Source of the DNA: Eledone cirrhosa
Taxonomy: Eukaryota
DNA: 64,000 nt
Direction of reading: 5' to 3'
NCBI GenBank assembly: GCA_964016885.1
Contig: OZ024744.1
Span: 20,460,001-20,524,000 of the forward strand
How positions within the stretch are numbered: the first letter of the stretch is position 1; each line of letters starts with the position of its first letter. Below the pieces are notes generated by a model. That model made no database searches and was not told the DNA's origin. It saw only the letters and a program-made list of their open reading frames with translations. The translations under genes and the position numbers were made by a program. Below, piece by piece: positions 11,542 to 24,520 of the stretch.

Positions 11542-14500
11542 CAAAACTCGTTTTAACAACAGTTGAATCTTATGAACTAACTCATTTTAACAACAGTTGA
11601 ATCTTAAGAACTGACTCGTTTTAACGACAGCTGTATCTTAAGATAAAACTCGTTTTAACAACAGTTGAATCTTAAAGATAAAACTCGCTTTAACAACAAT
11701 TGAATCTTAAGAACTGACTCGTTTTAACAACAGTTGAATCTTATGAACTGACTCATTTTAACAACAGTTGAATCTTAAGAACTGATTCGTTTTAACAACA
11801 GTTGAATCTTAAGATAAAACTCGTTTTAACAACAGTTGAATCTTATGAACTAACTCATTTTAACAACAGTTGAATCTTAAGAACTGACTCGTTTTAACGA
11901 CAGCTGTATCTTAAGATAAAACTCGTTTTAACAACAGTTGAATCTTAAAGATAAAACTCGCTTTAACAACAATTGAATCTTAAGAACTGACTCGTTTTAA
12001 CAACAGTTGAATCTTAAGACAAAACCCGTTTTAACAACAGTTGAATCTTAAGAACTGTCTCGTTTTAACAACAGTTGAATCTTAAGATAAACCTCGTTTT
12101 AACAACAGTTTAATCTTAAGAACTGACTCGTTTTAACAACAGTTGAATCTTAAGACAAAACTCGTTTTAACAACAGTTGAATCTTAAGAACTGACTTGTT
12201 CTAACAACAGTTCAGCCTTAAGAACTGACTCGTTTTAAAACAGTTGAATCGTTAGAACTGACTCGTTTTAACAACAGTTGAATTTTAAGATAAAACTTGT
12301 TTTAACAATAGTTGAATCTTAAGAACTGACTCGTTTTAACAACAGTTGAATCTTAAGATAGAACTCGTTTTAACAACTGTTGAATCTTAAGAACTGACTC
12401 GTTTTAACAACAGCTGAATCTTAAGATAAAACTCGTTTTAACAACAGTTGAATCTTAAGAACTGACTCGTTTTAACAACAGTTGAGTCTTCAAAAAAAAC
12501 TCGTTTTAACAACAGTTGAATCTTAAGAACTGACTCGTTTTAACAACAGTTGAATGTTAAGATAAAATTCGTTTTAACAATAGTTGAATCTTAAGAACTG
12601 ACTCGTTTTAACAACAGTTGAATCTTCAGAACTGACTCGTTTTAACAACAGCTGAATCTTAAGATAAAACTCGTTTTAACAACAGTTCAAACTTAAGAAC
12701 TGACTCGTTTTAACAAAAGTTGAATCTTATGAACTCATTCATTTTAACAACAGTTGAATCTTAAGATAAAACTCGTTTTAACAACAGTTGAATCTTAAGA
12801 ACGGACTCGTTTTAACAACAGCTGAATCTTAAGATAAAACTCGTTTTAACAACAGTTGAATCTTAAGAACTGATTCGTTTTAACAACAGTTCAAACTTAA
12901 GAACTGACTCGTTTTAACAACAGTTGAATCTTATGAACTGACTCATTTTAACAACAGTTGAATCTTAAGATAACATTCGTTTTAACAACAGTTGAGTCTT
13001 AAGAACTGACTCGTTTTAACAACAGTTGAATCTTAAGATAAAACTCGTTTTAACAACAGTTGAATCTTAAGAACTGACTCGTTTTAACGACAGCTGAATC
13101 TTAAGATAAAACTCGTTTTAACAACAGTTCAAACTTAAGAAATGACTCGTTTTAACAACAGTTGAATCTTATGAACTGACTCATTTTAACAAAAGTTGAA
13201 TCTTAAGAACTGATTCGTTTTAACAACAGTTGAATCTTAAGATAACACTCGTTTTAACAACAGTTGAATCTTAAGAACTGACTCGTTTTAACCACAGCTG
13301 AATCTTAAGATAAAACTCGTTTTAATAACAGTTGACTCTTAAGAACTGACTCGTTTTAACAACAGCTGAATCTTAAGATAAAACTCGTTTTAACAACAGT
13401 TGAATCTTAAGATAAAACTCGTTTTAACAACAGTTGAATCTTAAGAACTGACTCGTTTTAACAACAGTTGAATCTTAAGATAAAACTCGTTTGAACAACA
13501 GTTGAATCTTATGAACTAACTAATTTTTACAACAGTTGAATCTTAAGTTAAAACTCGTTTTAACAACAGTTGAATCTTAAGAACTGACTCGTTTTAACAA
13601 CAGCTGAATCTTAAGATAAAACTCGTTTTAACAACAGTTGAATCTTAAAGAGAAAACTCGCTTTAACAACAGTTGAATCTTAAGAACTGACTCGTTTTAA
13701 CAACAATTGAATCTTAAGACAAAACCCGTTTTAACAACAGTTGAATCTTAAGAACTGTCTCGTTTTAACAACAGTTGAATCTTAAGATAAACCTCGTTTT
13801 AACAACAGTTTAATCTTAAGAACTGATTCGTTTTAACAACAGTTGAATCTTAAGACAAAACTCGTTTTAACAACAGTTGAATCTTAAGAACTGACTTGTT
13901 CTAACAACAGTTCAGCCTTAAGAACTGACTCGTTTTAAAACAGTTGAATCGTTAGAACTGACTCGTTTTAACAACGGTTGAATCTTAAAATAAAACTCGT
14001 TTTAACAACAGTTGATTCTTAAGAACCGACTCGTTTTAACAACAGTTAAATCTAAATAACTGACTCGTTTTAACAACAGTTGAATGTTAAGATAAAACTC
14101 GTTTTAACAATAGTTGAACCTTAAGAACTGACTCGTTTTAACAACAGTTGAATCTTAAGATAAAACTCGTTTTAACAACTGTTGAATCTTAAGAACTGAC
14201 TCGTTTTAACAACAGCTGAATCTTAAGATAAAACTCGTTTTAAGAACAGTTGAATCTTAAGAACTGACTCGTTTTAACAACAGTTGAATCTTAAGAACGG
14301 ACTCGTTTTAACAACAGTTGAATGTTAAGATAAAACTCGTTTTAACAATAGTTGAATCTTAAGAACTGACTCGTTTTAACAACAGTTGAATCTTAAGATA
14401 AAACTCGTTTTAACAACAGTTGAATCTTAAGAACTGACTCGTTTTAACAACAGCTGAATCTTAAGATAAAACTCGTTTTAACAACAGCTGAATCCTAAGA

Positions 14501-15303
14501 ACTGAGTTGTTTTCTCAACAGTTCGACCGTAAGAACTGACTCGTTTTAACAACAGTTGAATGTTCAAATAAAACTCGTTTTAAAAACAGTTGAATCTTAA
14601 GAACTGACTGGTTTTAACAACAGTTGAATCTTAAGAACTGACTCGTTTTAACAACAGTTAAATCTTAATAACTGACGCGTTTTAACAACAGTTGAATGTT
14701 AAGATAAAACTCGTTTTAACAACTGTTGAATCTTAAGAACTGACACGTTGTAACAACAGCTGAATGTTAAGATAAAACTCGTTTTAACAATAGTTGAATC
14801 TTAAGAACTGACTCGTTTTAACAACAGTTGAATCTTAAGATAAAACTCGTTTTAACAACAGTTGAATCTTAAGAACTGAATCGTTTTAACAACAGCTGAA
14901 TCTTAAGATAAAACTCGTTTTAACAACAGTTCAAACTAAAGAAATGACTCGTTTTAACAACAGTTGAATCTTATGAACTGACTCATTTTAACAACAGTTG
15001 AATCTTAAGAACTGATTCGTTTTAACAACAGTTGAATCTTAAGATAAAACTCGTTTTAACAACAGTTGAATCTTAAGAACTGACTCGTTTTAGCAACAGC
15101 TGAATCTTAAGATAAAACTCGTTTTAACAACAGTTGAATCTTAAGAACTTACTCGTTTTAACAACAGCTGAATCTTAATATAAAACTCGTTTTAACAGCA
15201 GTTGAATCTTAAGATAAAACTCGTTTTAACAACAGTTGAATCTTAAGAACTGACTCGTTTTAACAACAGTTGAATCTTAAGATAAAACTCGTTTTAACAA
15301 CAG

Positions 15304-18300
15304 TTGAATCTTATGAACTAACTCATTTTAACAACAGTTGAATCTTAAGATAAAACTCGTTTTACCAACTGTTGAATCTTAAGAACTGACTCGTTTTAAA
15401 AACAGCTGAATCTTAAGATATAACTCGTTTTAACAACAGTTGGATCTTAAGAACTGACTCGTTTTAACAACAGTGGAATCTTCAAATAAAACTCGTTTTA
15501 ACAACAGTTGAATCTTAAGAACTGACTCGTTTTAACAACAGTTGAATCTTAAGATAAAACTCGTTTTAACAACAGTTGAATCTTAAGAACTGACTTGTTT
15601 TATCAACAGTTCAACCGTAAGAACTGACTCGTTTTAACAACAGTTGAATGTTCAAATAAAACTCGTTTTAACAACAGTTGAATCTTAAGAACTGACTCGT
15701 TTTAACAACAGTTAAATCTTAAGAACTGACTCGTTTTAACAACAGCTGAATCTTAAGATAAAACTCGTTTTAACAACAGTTGAATCTTAAGAACTGACTC
15801 GTTTTAACAACAGTTGAATCTTCAAATAAAACTCGTTTTAACAACAGTTGAACATTAAGAACTGACTCGTTTTAACAACAGTTAAATGTTAAGATTAAAC
15901 TCGTTTTAACCATAGTTGAATCTTAAGAACTGACTCGTTTTAACAACAGTTGAATCTTAAGATAAAACTCGTTTTAACAACAGTTGAATCTTAAGAACTG
16001 ACTCGTTTTAACAACAGCTGAATCTTAAGATAAAACTCGTTTTAACAACAGTTGAATCTTAAGAACTGACTCGTTTTAACAACAGTTAAATGTTAAGATT
16101 AAACTCGTTTTAACAATAGTTGAATCTTAAGAACTGACTCGTTTTAACGACAGCTGTATCTTAAGATAAAACTCGTTTTAACAACAGTTGAATCTTAAAG
16201 ATAAAACTCGCTTTAACAACAGTTGAATCTTAAGAACTGACTCGTTTTAACAACAGTTGAATCTTAAGACAAAACCCGTTTTAACAACAGTTGAATCTTA
16301 AGAACTGTCTCGTTTTAACAACAGTTGAATCTTAAGATAAACTTCGTTTTAACAACAGTTTAATCTTAAGAACTGACTCGTTTTAACAACAGTTGAATCT
16401 TAAGACAAAACTCGTTTTAACAACAGTTGAATCTTAAGAACTGACTTGTTCTAACAACAGTTCAGCCTTAAGAAATGACTCGTTTTAAAACAGTTGAATC
16501 GTTAGAACTGACTCGTTTTAACAACAGTTGAATGTTCAAATAAAACTCGTTTTAACAATAGTTGAATCTCAAGAACTGACTCGTTTTAGCAACAGTTGAA
16601 TCTTAAAATAACACTCGTTTTCATAACAGTTGAATCTTAAGAACTGACTCGTTTTAACAACAGTTAAATCTTAATAACTGACTCGTTTTAACAACAGTTG
16701 AATGTTAAGATAAAACTCGTTTTAACAATAGTTGAATCTTAAGAACTGACTCGTTTTAACAACAGTTGAATCTTAATATAAAACTCGTTTTAACAACTGT
16801 TGAATCTTAAGAAATAACTCGTTTTAACAACAGCTGAATCTTAAGATAAAACTCGTTTTAACAACAGTTGAATCTTAAGAACTGACTCGTTTTAACAACA
16901 GTTGAATCTTCAAATAAAACTCGTTTTAACAACAGTTGAATCTTAAGAACTGACTCGTTTTAACAACAGTTGAATGTTAAGATAAAACTCGTTTTAACGA
17001 TAGTTGAATCTTAAGAACTGACTCGTTTTAACAACAGTTGAATCTTAAGATAAAACTCCTTTTAACAACGGTTGAATCTTAAGAACTGACTCGTTTTAAC
17101 AACAGCTGAATCTTAAGATAAAGCTCGTTTTAACAACAGTTGAATCTTATGAACTAACTCATTTTAACAACAGTTGAATCTTAAGATAAAACTCGTTTTA
17201 CCAACTGTTGAATCTTAAGAACTGACTCGTTTTAAAAACAGCTGAATCTTAAGATATAACTCGTTTTAACAACAGTTGGATCTTAAGAACTGACTCGTTT
17301 TAACAACAGTGGAATATTCAAATAAAACTCGTTTTAACAACAGTTGAATCTTAAGAACTGACTCGTTTTAACAACAGTTGAATCTTAAGATAAAACTCGT
17401 TTTAACAACAGTTGAATCTTAAGAACTGACTTGTTTTATCAACAGTTCAACCGTAAGAACTGACTCGTTTTAACAACAGTTGAATGTTCAAATAAAACTC
17501 GTTTTAACAACAGTTGAATCTTAAGAACTGACTCGTTTTAACAACAGTTAAATCTTAATAACTGACTCGTTTTAACAACAGTTGAATATTTAGATAAAAC
17601 TCGTTTTAACAACAGTTGAATCTTAAGAACTGACTCGTTTTAACAACAGCTGAATCTTAAGATAAAACTCGTTTTAACAACAGTTGAATCTTAAGAACTG
17701 ACTCGTTTTAACAACAGTTGAATCTTCAAATAAAACTCGTTTTAACAACAGTTGAACATTAAGAACTGACTCGTTTTAACAACAGTTAAATGTTAAGATT
17801 AAACTCGTTTTAACCATAGTTGAATCTTAAGAACTGACTCGTTTTAACAACAGTTGAATCTTAAGATAAAACTCGTTTTAACAACAGTTGAATCTTAAGA
17901 ACTGACTCGTTTTAACAACAGCTGAATCTTAAGATAAAACTCGTTTTAACAACAGTTGAATCTTAAGAACTGACTCGTTTTAACAACAGTTAAATGTTAA
18001 GATTAAACTCGTTTTAACAATAGTTGAATCTTAAGAACTGACTCGTTTTAACGACAGCTGTATCTTAAGATAAAACTCGTTTTAACAACAGTTGAATCTT
18101 AAAGATAAAACTCGCTTTAACAACAGTTGAATCTTAAGAACTGACTCGTTTTAACAACAGTTGAATCTTAAGACAAAACCCGTTTTAACAACAGTTGAAT
18201 CTTAAGAACTGTCTCGTTTTAACAACAGTTGAATCTTAAGATAAACCTCGTTTTAACAACAGTTTAATCTTAAGAACTGACTCGTTTTAACAACAGTTGA

Positions 18301-19043
18301 ATCTTAAGACAAAACTCGTTTTAACAACAGTTGAATCTTAAGAACTGACTTGTTCTAACAACAGTTCAGCCTTAAGAACTGACTCGTTTTAAAACAGTTG
18401 AATCGTTAGAACTGACTCGTTTTAACAACAGTTGAATGTTCAAATAAAACTCGTTTTAACAATAGTTGAATCTCAAGAACTGACTCGTTTTAGCAACAGT
18501 TGAATCTTAAAATAACACTCGTTTTCATAACAGTTGAATCTTAAGAACTGACTCGTTTTAACAACAGTTAAATCTTAATAACTGACTCGTTTTAACAACA
18601 GTTGAATGTTAAGATAAAACTCGTTTTAACAATAGTTGAATCTTAAGAACTGACTCGTTTTAACAACAGTTGAATCTTAATATAAAACTCGTTTTAACAA
18701 CTGTTGAATCTTAAGAAATAACTCGTTTTAACAACAGCTGAATCTTAAGATAAAACTCGTTTTAACAACAGTTGAATCTTAAGAACTGACTCGTTTTAAC
18801 AACAGTTGAATCTTCAAATAAAACTCGTTTTAACAACAGTTGAATCTTAAGAACTGACTCGTTTTAACAACAGTTGAATGTTAAGATAAAACTCGTTTTA
18901 ACGATAGTTGAATCTTAAGAACTGACTCGTTTTAACAACAGTTGAATCTTAAGATAAAACTCCTTTTAACAACAGTTGAATCTTAAGAACTGACTCGTTT
19001 TAACAACAGCTGAATCTTAAGATAAAGCTCGTTTTAACAACAG
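15304..19043. repeat. Two tandem higher-order units of 1,836 and 1,904 bp (54 and 56 monomers)
   Basis: TGGATC 15441/17277 (offset 1836); GAAATAACTC 16811/18715 and GATAAAGCTC 17117/19021 (offset 1904). Confidence 0.88.
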
Positions 19044-22000
19044 TTCAAACTTAAGAAATGACTCGTTTTAACAAAAGTTGAATCTTATGAACTCACTCAT
19101 TTTAACAACAGTTGAATCTTAAGATAACATTCGTTTTAACAACAGTTGAATCTTAAGAACTGATTCGTTTTAACAACAGTTCAAACTTAAGAACTGACTC
19201 GTTTTAACAACAGTTGAATCTTATGAACTGACTCATTTTAACAACAGTTGAATCTTAAGATAACATTCGTTTTAACAACAGTTGAATCTTAAGAACAGAC
19301 TCGTTTTAACAACAGTTGAATCTTAAAGATAAAACTCGTTTCAACAACAGTTGAATCTTAAAGATAAAACTCGTTTCAACAACAGTTGAACCTTAAGAAC
19401 TGACTCGTTTTAACAACAGCTGAATCTTAAGATAAAACTCGTTTTAACAACAGTTGAATCTTAAGATAAAACTCGTTTTAACAACAGTTGAATCTTAAGA
19501 ACTGACTCGTTTTAACAACAGTTGAATCTTAAGATAAAACTCGTTTGAACAACAGTTGAATCTTATGAACTAACTAATTTTTACAACAGTTGAATCTTAA
19601 GTTAAGACTCGTTTTAACAACAGTTGAATCTTAAGAACTGACTCGTTTTAACAACAGATGAATCTTATGATAAAACTCGTTTTAACAACAGTTGAATCTT
19701 AAGAACTGACTTGTTTTATCAACAGTTCAGCCGTACGAACTGACTCATTTTAACAACAGTTGAATCTTAAGAAATGACTCGTTTTAACAACAGTTGAATC
19801 TTAAGATAAAACTCGTTTTAACAACAGTTGAATCTTAAGAACTGACTTGTTTTATCAACAGTTCAACCGTAAGAACTGACTCGTTTTAACAACAGTTGAA
19901 TGTTCAAATAAAACTCGTTTTAACAACAGTTGAATCTTAATAACTGACTCGTTTTAACAACAGTTGAATCTTAAGAACTGACTCGTTTTAACAACAGTTA
20001 AATCTTAATAACTGACTCGTTTTAACAACAGTTGAATATTTAGATAAAACTCGTTTTAACAACAGTTGAATCTTAAAAACTGACTCGTTTTAACAACAGT
20101 TGAATGTTAAGATAAAACTCGTTTTAACAATAGTTGAATCTTAAGAACTGACTCGTTTTAACAACAGTTGAATCTTAAGAACTGACTTGTTTTAACAACA
20201 GTTGAATCTAAAGATAAAACTCGTTTTAACAACAGTTGAATCTTAAGAACTGACTCGTTTTAACAACAGATGAATCTTAAGATAAAACACGTTTTAACAA
20301 CAGTTGAATCTTAAGAACGGACTCGTTTTAACAACAGCTGAATCTTAAGAACTGACTCGTGTTAACAACAATTGAATCTTAAGATAAAACTCGTTTTAAC
20401 AATAGTTGAATCTCAAGAACTGACTCGTTTTAGCAACAGTTGAATCTTAAAATATCACTCGTTTTCATAACAGTTGAATCTTAAGAACTGACTCGTTTTA
20501 ACAACAGTTAAATCTTAATAACTGACTCGTTTTAACAACAGTTGAATGTTAAGATAAAACTCGTTTTAACAATAGTTGAATCTTAAGAACTGACTCGTTT
20601 TAACAACAGTTGAATCTTAATATAAAACTCGTTTTAACAACTGTTGAATCTTAAGAACTGACTCGTTTTAACAACAGCTGAATCTTAAGATAAAACTCGT
20701 TTTAACAACAGTTGAATCTTAAGAACTGACTCGTTTTAACAACAGTTGAATCTTCAAATAAAACTCGTTTTAACAACAGTTGAATCTTAAGAACTGACTC
20801 GTTTTAACAACAGTTGAATGTTAAGATAAAACTCGTTTTAACGATAGTTGAATCTTAAGAACTGACTCGTTTTAACAACAGTTGAATCTTAAGATAAAAC
20901 TCCTTTTAACAACAGTTGAATCTTAAGAACTGACTCGTTTTAACAACAGCTGAATCTTAAGATAAAGCTCGTTTTAACAACAGTTCAAACTTAAGAAATG
21001 ACTCGTTTTAACAAAAGTTGAATCTTATGAACTCACTCATTTTAACAACAGTTGAATCTTAAGATAACATTCGTTTTAACAACAGTTGAATCTTAAGAAC
21101 TGATTCGTTTTAACAACAGTTGAATCTTAAGAACTGACTCGTTTTAACAACAGCTGAATCTTAAGATAAAACTCGTTTTAACAACAGTTGAATCTTAAGA
21201 ACTGACTCGTTTTAACAACAGTTGAATCTTCAAATAAAACTCGTTTTAACAACAGTTGAACATTAAGAACTGACTCGTTTTAACAACAGTTGAATCTTAA
21301 GATAAAACTCGTTTTAACAACAGTTGAATCTTAAGAACGGACTCGTTTTAACAACAGTTGAATCTTAAGAACTGATTCGTTTTAACAACAGTTCAAACTT
21401 AAGAACTGACTCGTTTTAACAACAGTTGAATCTTATGAACTGACTCATTTTAACAACAGTTGAATCTTAAGATAACATTCGTTTTAACAACAGTTGAATC
21501 TTAAGAACAGACTCGTTTTAACAACAGTTGAATCTTAAAGATACAATTCGTTTCAACAACAGTTGAATCTTAAAGATAAAATTCGTTTCAACAACAGTTG
21601 AACCTTAAGAACTGACTCGTTTTAACAACAGCTGAATCTTAAGATAAAACTCGTTTTAACAACAGTTGAATCTTGAGATAAAACTCGTTTTAACAACAGT
21701 TGAATCTTAAGAACTGACTCGTTTTAACAACAGTTGAATCTTAAGATAAAACTCGTTTGAACAACAGTTGAATCTTATGAACTAACTAATTTTTACAACA
21801 GTTGAATCTTAAGTTAAGACTCGTTTTAACAACAGTTGAATCTTAAGAACTGACTCGTTTTAACAACAGATGAATCTTATGATAAAACTCGTTTTAACAA
21901 CAGTTGAATCTTAAGAACTGACTTGTTTTATCAACAGTTCAGCCGTACGAACTGACTCATTTTAACAACAGTTGAATCTTAAGAAATGACTCGTTTTAAC

Positions 22001-24520
22001 AACAGTTGAATCTTAAGATAAAACTCGTTTTAACAACAGTTGAATCTTAAGAACTGACTTGTTTTATCAACAGTTCAACCGTAAGAACTGACTCGTTTTA
22101 ACAACAGTTGAATGTTCAAATAAAACTCGTTTTAACAACAGTTGAATCTTAAGAACTAACTCGTTTTAACAACAGTTGAATCTTAAGAACTGACTCGTTT
22201 TAACAACAGTTAAATCTTAATAACTGACTCGTTTTAACAACAGTTGAATATTTAGATAAAACTCGTTTTAACAACAGTTGAATCTTAAAAACTGACTCGT
22301 TTTAACAACAGTTGAATGTTAAGATAAAACTCGTTTTAACAATAGTTGAATCTTAAGAACTGACTCGTTTTAACAACAGTTGAATCTTAAGAACTGACTC
22401 GTTTTAACAACAGTTGAATCTAAAGATAAAACTCGTTTTAACAACAGTTGAATCTTAAGAACTGACTCGTTTTAACAACAGATGAATCTTAAGATAAAAC
22501 TCGTTTTAACAACAGTTGAATCTTAAGAACGGACTCGTTTTAACAACAGCTGAATCTTAAGAACTGACTCGTGTTAACAACAATTGAATCTTAAGATAAA
22601 ACTCGTTTTAACAATAGTTGAATCTCAAGAACTGACTCGTTTTAGCAACAGTTGAATCTTAAAATAACACTCGTTTTCATAACAGTTGAATCTTAAGAAC
22701 TGACTCGTTTTAACAACAGTTAAATCTTAATAACTGACTCGTTTTAACAACAGTTGAATGTTAAGATAAAACTCGTTTTAACAATAGTTGAATCTTAAGA
22801 ACTGACTCGTTTTAACAACAGTTGAATCTTAATATAAAACTCGTTTTAACAACTGTTGAATCTTAAGAACTGACTCGTTTTAACAACAGCTGAATCTTAA
22901 GATAAAACTCGTTTTAACAACAGTTGAATCTTAAGAACTGACTCGTGTTAACAACAGTTGAATCTTCAAATAAAACTCGTTTTAACAACAGTTGAATCTT
23001 AAGAACTGACTCGTTTTAACAACAGTTGAATGTTAAGATAAAACTCGTTTTAACGATAGTTGAATCTTAAGAACTGACTCGTTTTAACAACAGTTGAATC
23101 TTAAGATAAAACTCCTTTTAACAACAGTTGAATCTTAAGAACTGACTCGTTTTAACAACAGCTGAATCTTAAGATAAAGCTCGTTTTAACAACAGTTCAA
23201 ACTTAAGAAATGACTCGTTTTAACAAAAGTTGAATCTTATGAACTCACTCATTTTAACAACAGTTGAATCTTAAGATAACATTCGTTTTAACAACAGTTG
23301 AATCTTAAGAACTGATTCGTTTTAACAACAGTTGAATCTTAAGATAAAACTCGTTTTAACAACAGTTGAATCTTAAGAACGGACTCGTTTTAACAACAGT
23401 TGAATCTTAAGAACTGATTCGTTTTAACAACAGTTCAAACTTAAGAACTGACTCGTTTTAACAACAGTTGAATCTTATGAACTGACTCATTTTAACAACA
23501 GTTGAATCTTAAGATAACATTCGTTTTAACAACAGTTGAATCTTAAGAACAGACTCGTTTTAACAACAGTTGAATCTTAAAGATAAAACTCGTTTCAACA
23601 ACAGTTGAATCTTAAAGATAAAACTCGTTTCAACAACAGTTGAACCTTAAGAACTGACTCGTTTTAACAACAGCTGAATCTTAAGATAAAACTCGTTTTA
23701 ACAACAGTTGAATCTTAAGATAAAACTCGTTTTAACAACAGTTGAATCTTAAGAACTGACTCGTTTTAACAACAGTTGAATCTTAAGATAAAACTCGTTT
23801 GAACAACAGTTGAATCTTATGAACTAACTAATTTTTACAACAGTTGAATCTTAAGTTAAGACTCGTTTTAACAACAGTTGAATCTTAAGAACTGACTCGT
23901 TTTAACAACAGATGAATCTTATGATAAAACTCGTTTTAACAACAGTTGAATCTTAAGAACTGACTTGTTTTATCAACAGTTCAGCCGTACGAACTGACTC
24001 ATTTTAACAACAGTTGAATCTTAAGAAATGACTCGTTTTAACAACAGTTGAATCTTAAGATAAAACTCGTTTTAACAACAGTTGAATCTTAAGAACTGAC
24101 TTGTTTTATCAACAGTTCAACCGTAAGAACTGACTCGTTTTAACAACAGTTGAATGTTCAAATAAAACTCGTTTTAACAACAGTTGAATCTTAATAACTA
24201 ACTCGTTTTAACAACAGTTGAATCTTAAGAACTGACTCGTTTTAACAACAGTTAAATCTTAATAACTGACTCGTTTTAACAACAGTTGAATATTTAGATA
24301 AAACTCGTTTTAACAACAGTTGAATCTTAAAAACTGACTCGTTTTAACAACAGTTGAATGTTAAGATAAAACTCGTTTTAACAATAGTTGAATCTTAAGA
24401 ACTGACTCGTTTTAACAACAGTTGAATCTTAAGAACTGACTCGTTTTAACAACAGTTGAATCTAAAGATAAAACTCGTTTTAACAACAGTTGAATCTTAA
24501 GAACTGACTCGTTTTAACAA
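18450..24520. repeat. Three tandem higher-order units of ~1.94-2.21 kb
   Basis: TCTCAAG 18471/20411/22623; GATAAAGCTC 19021/20961/23173; CCGTACGAAC 19731/21943/23985. Confidence 0.87.
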
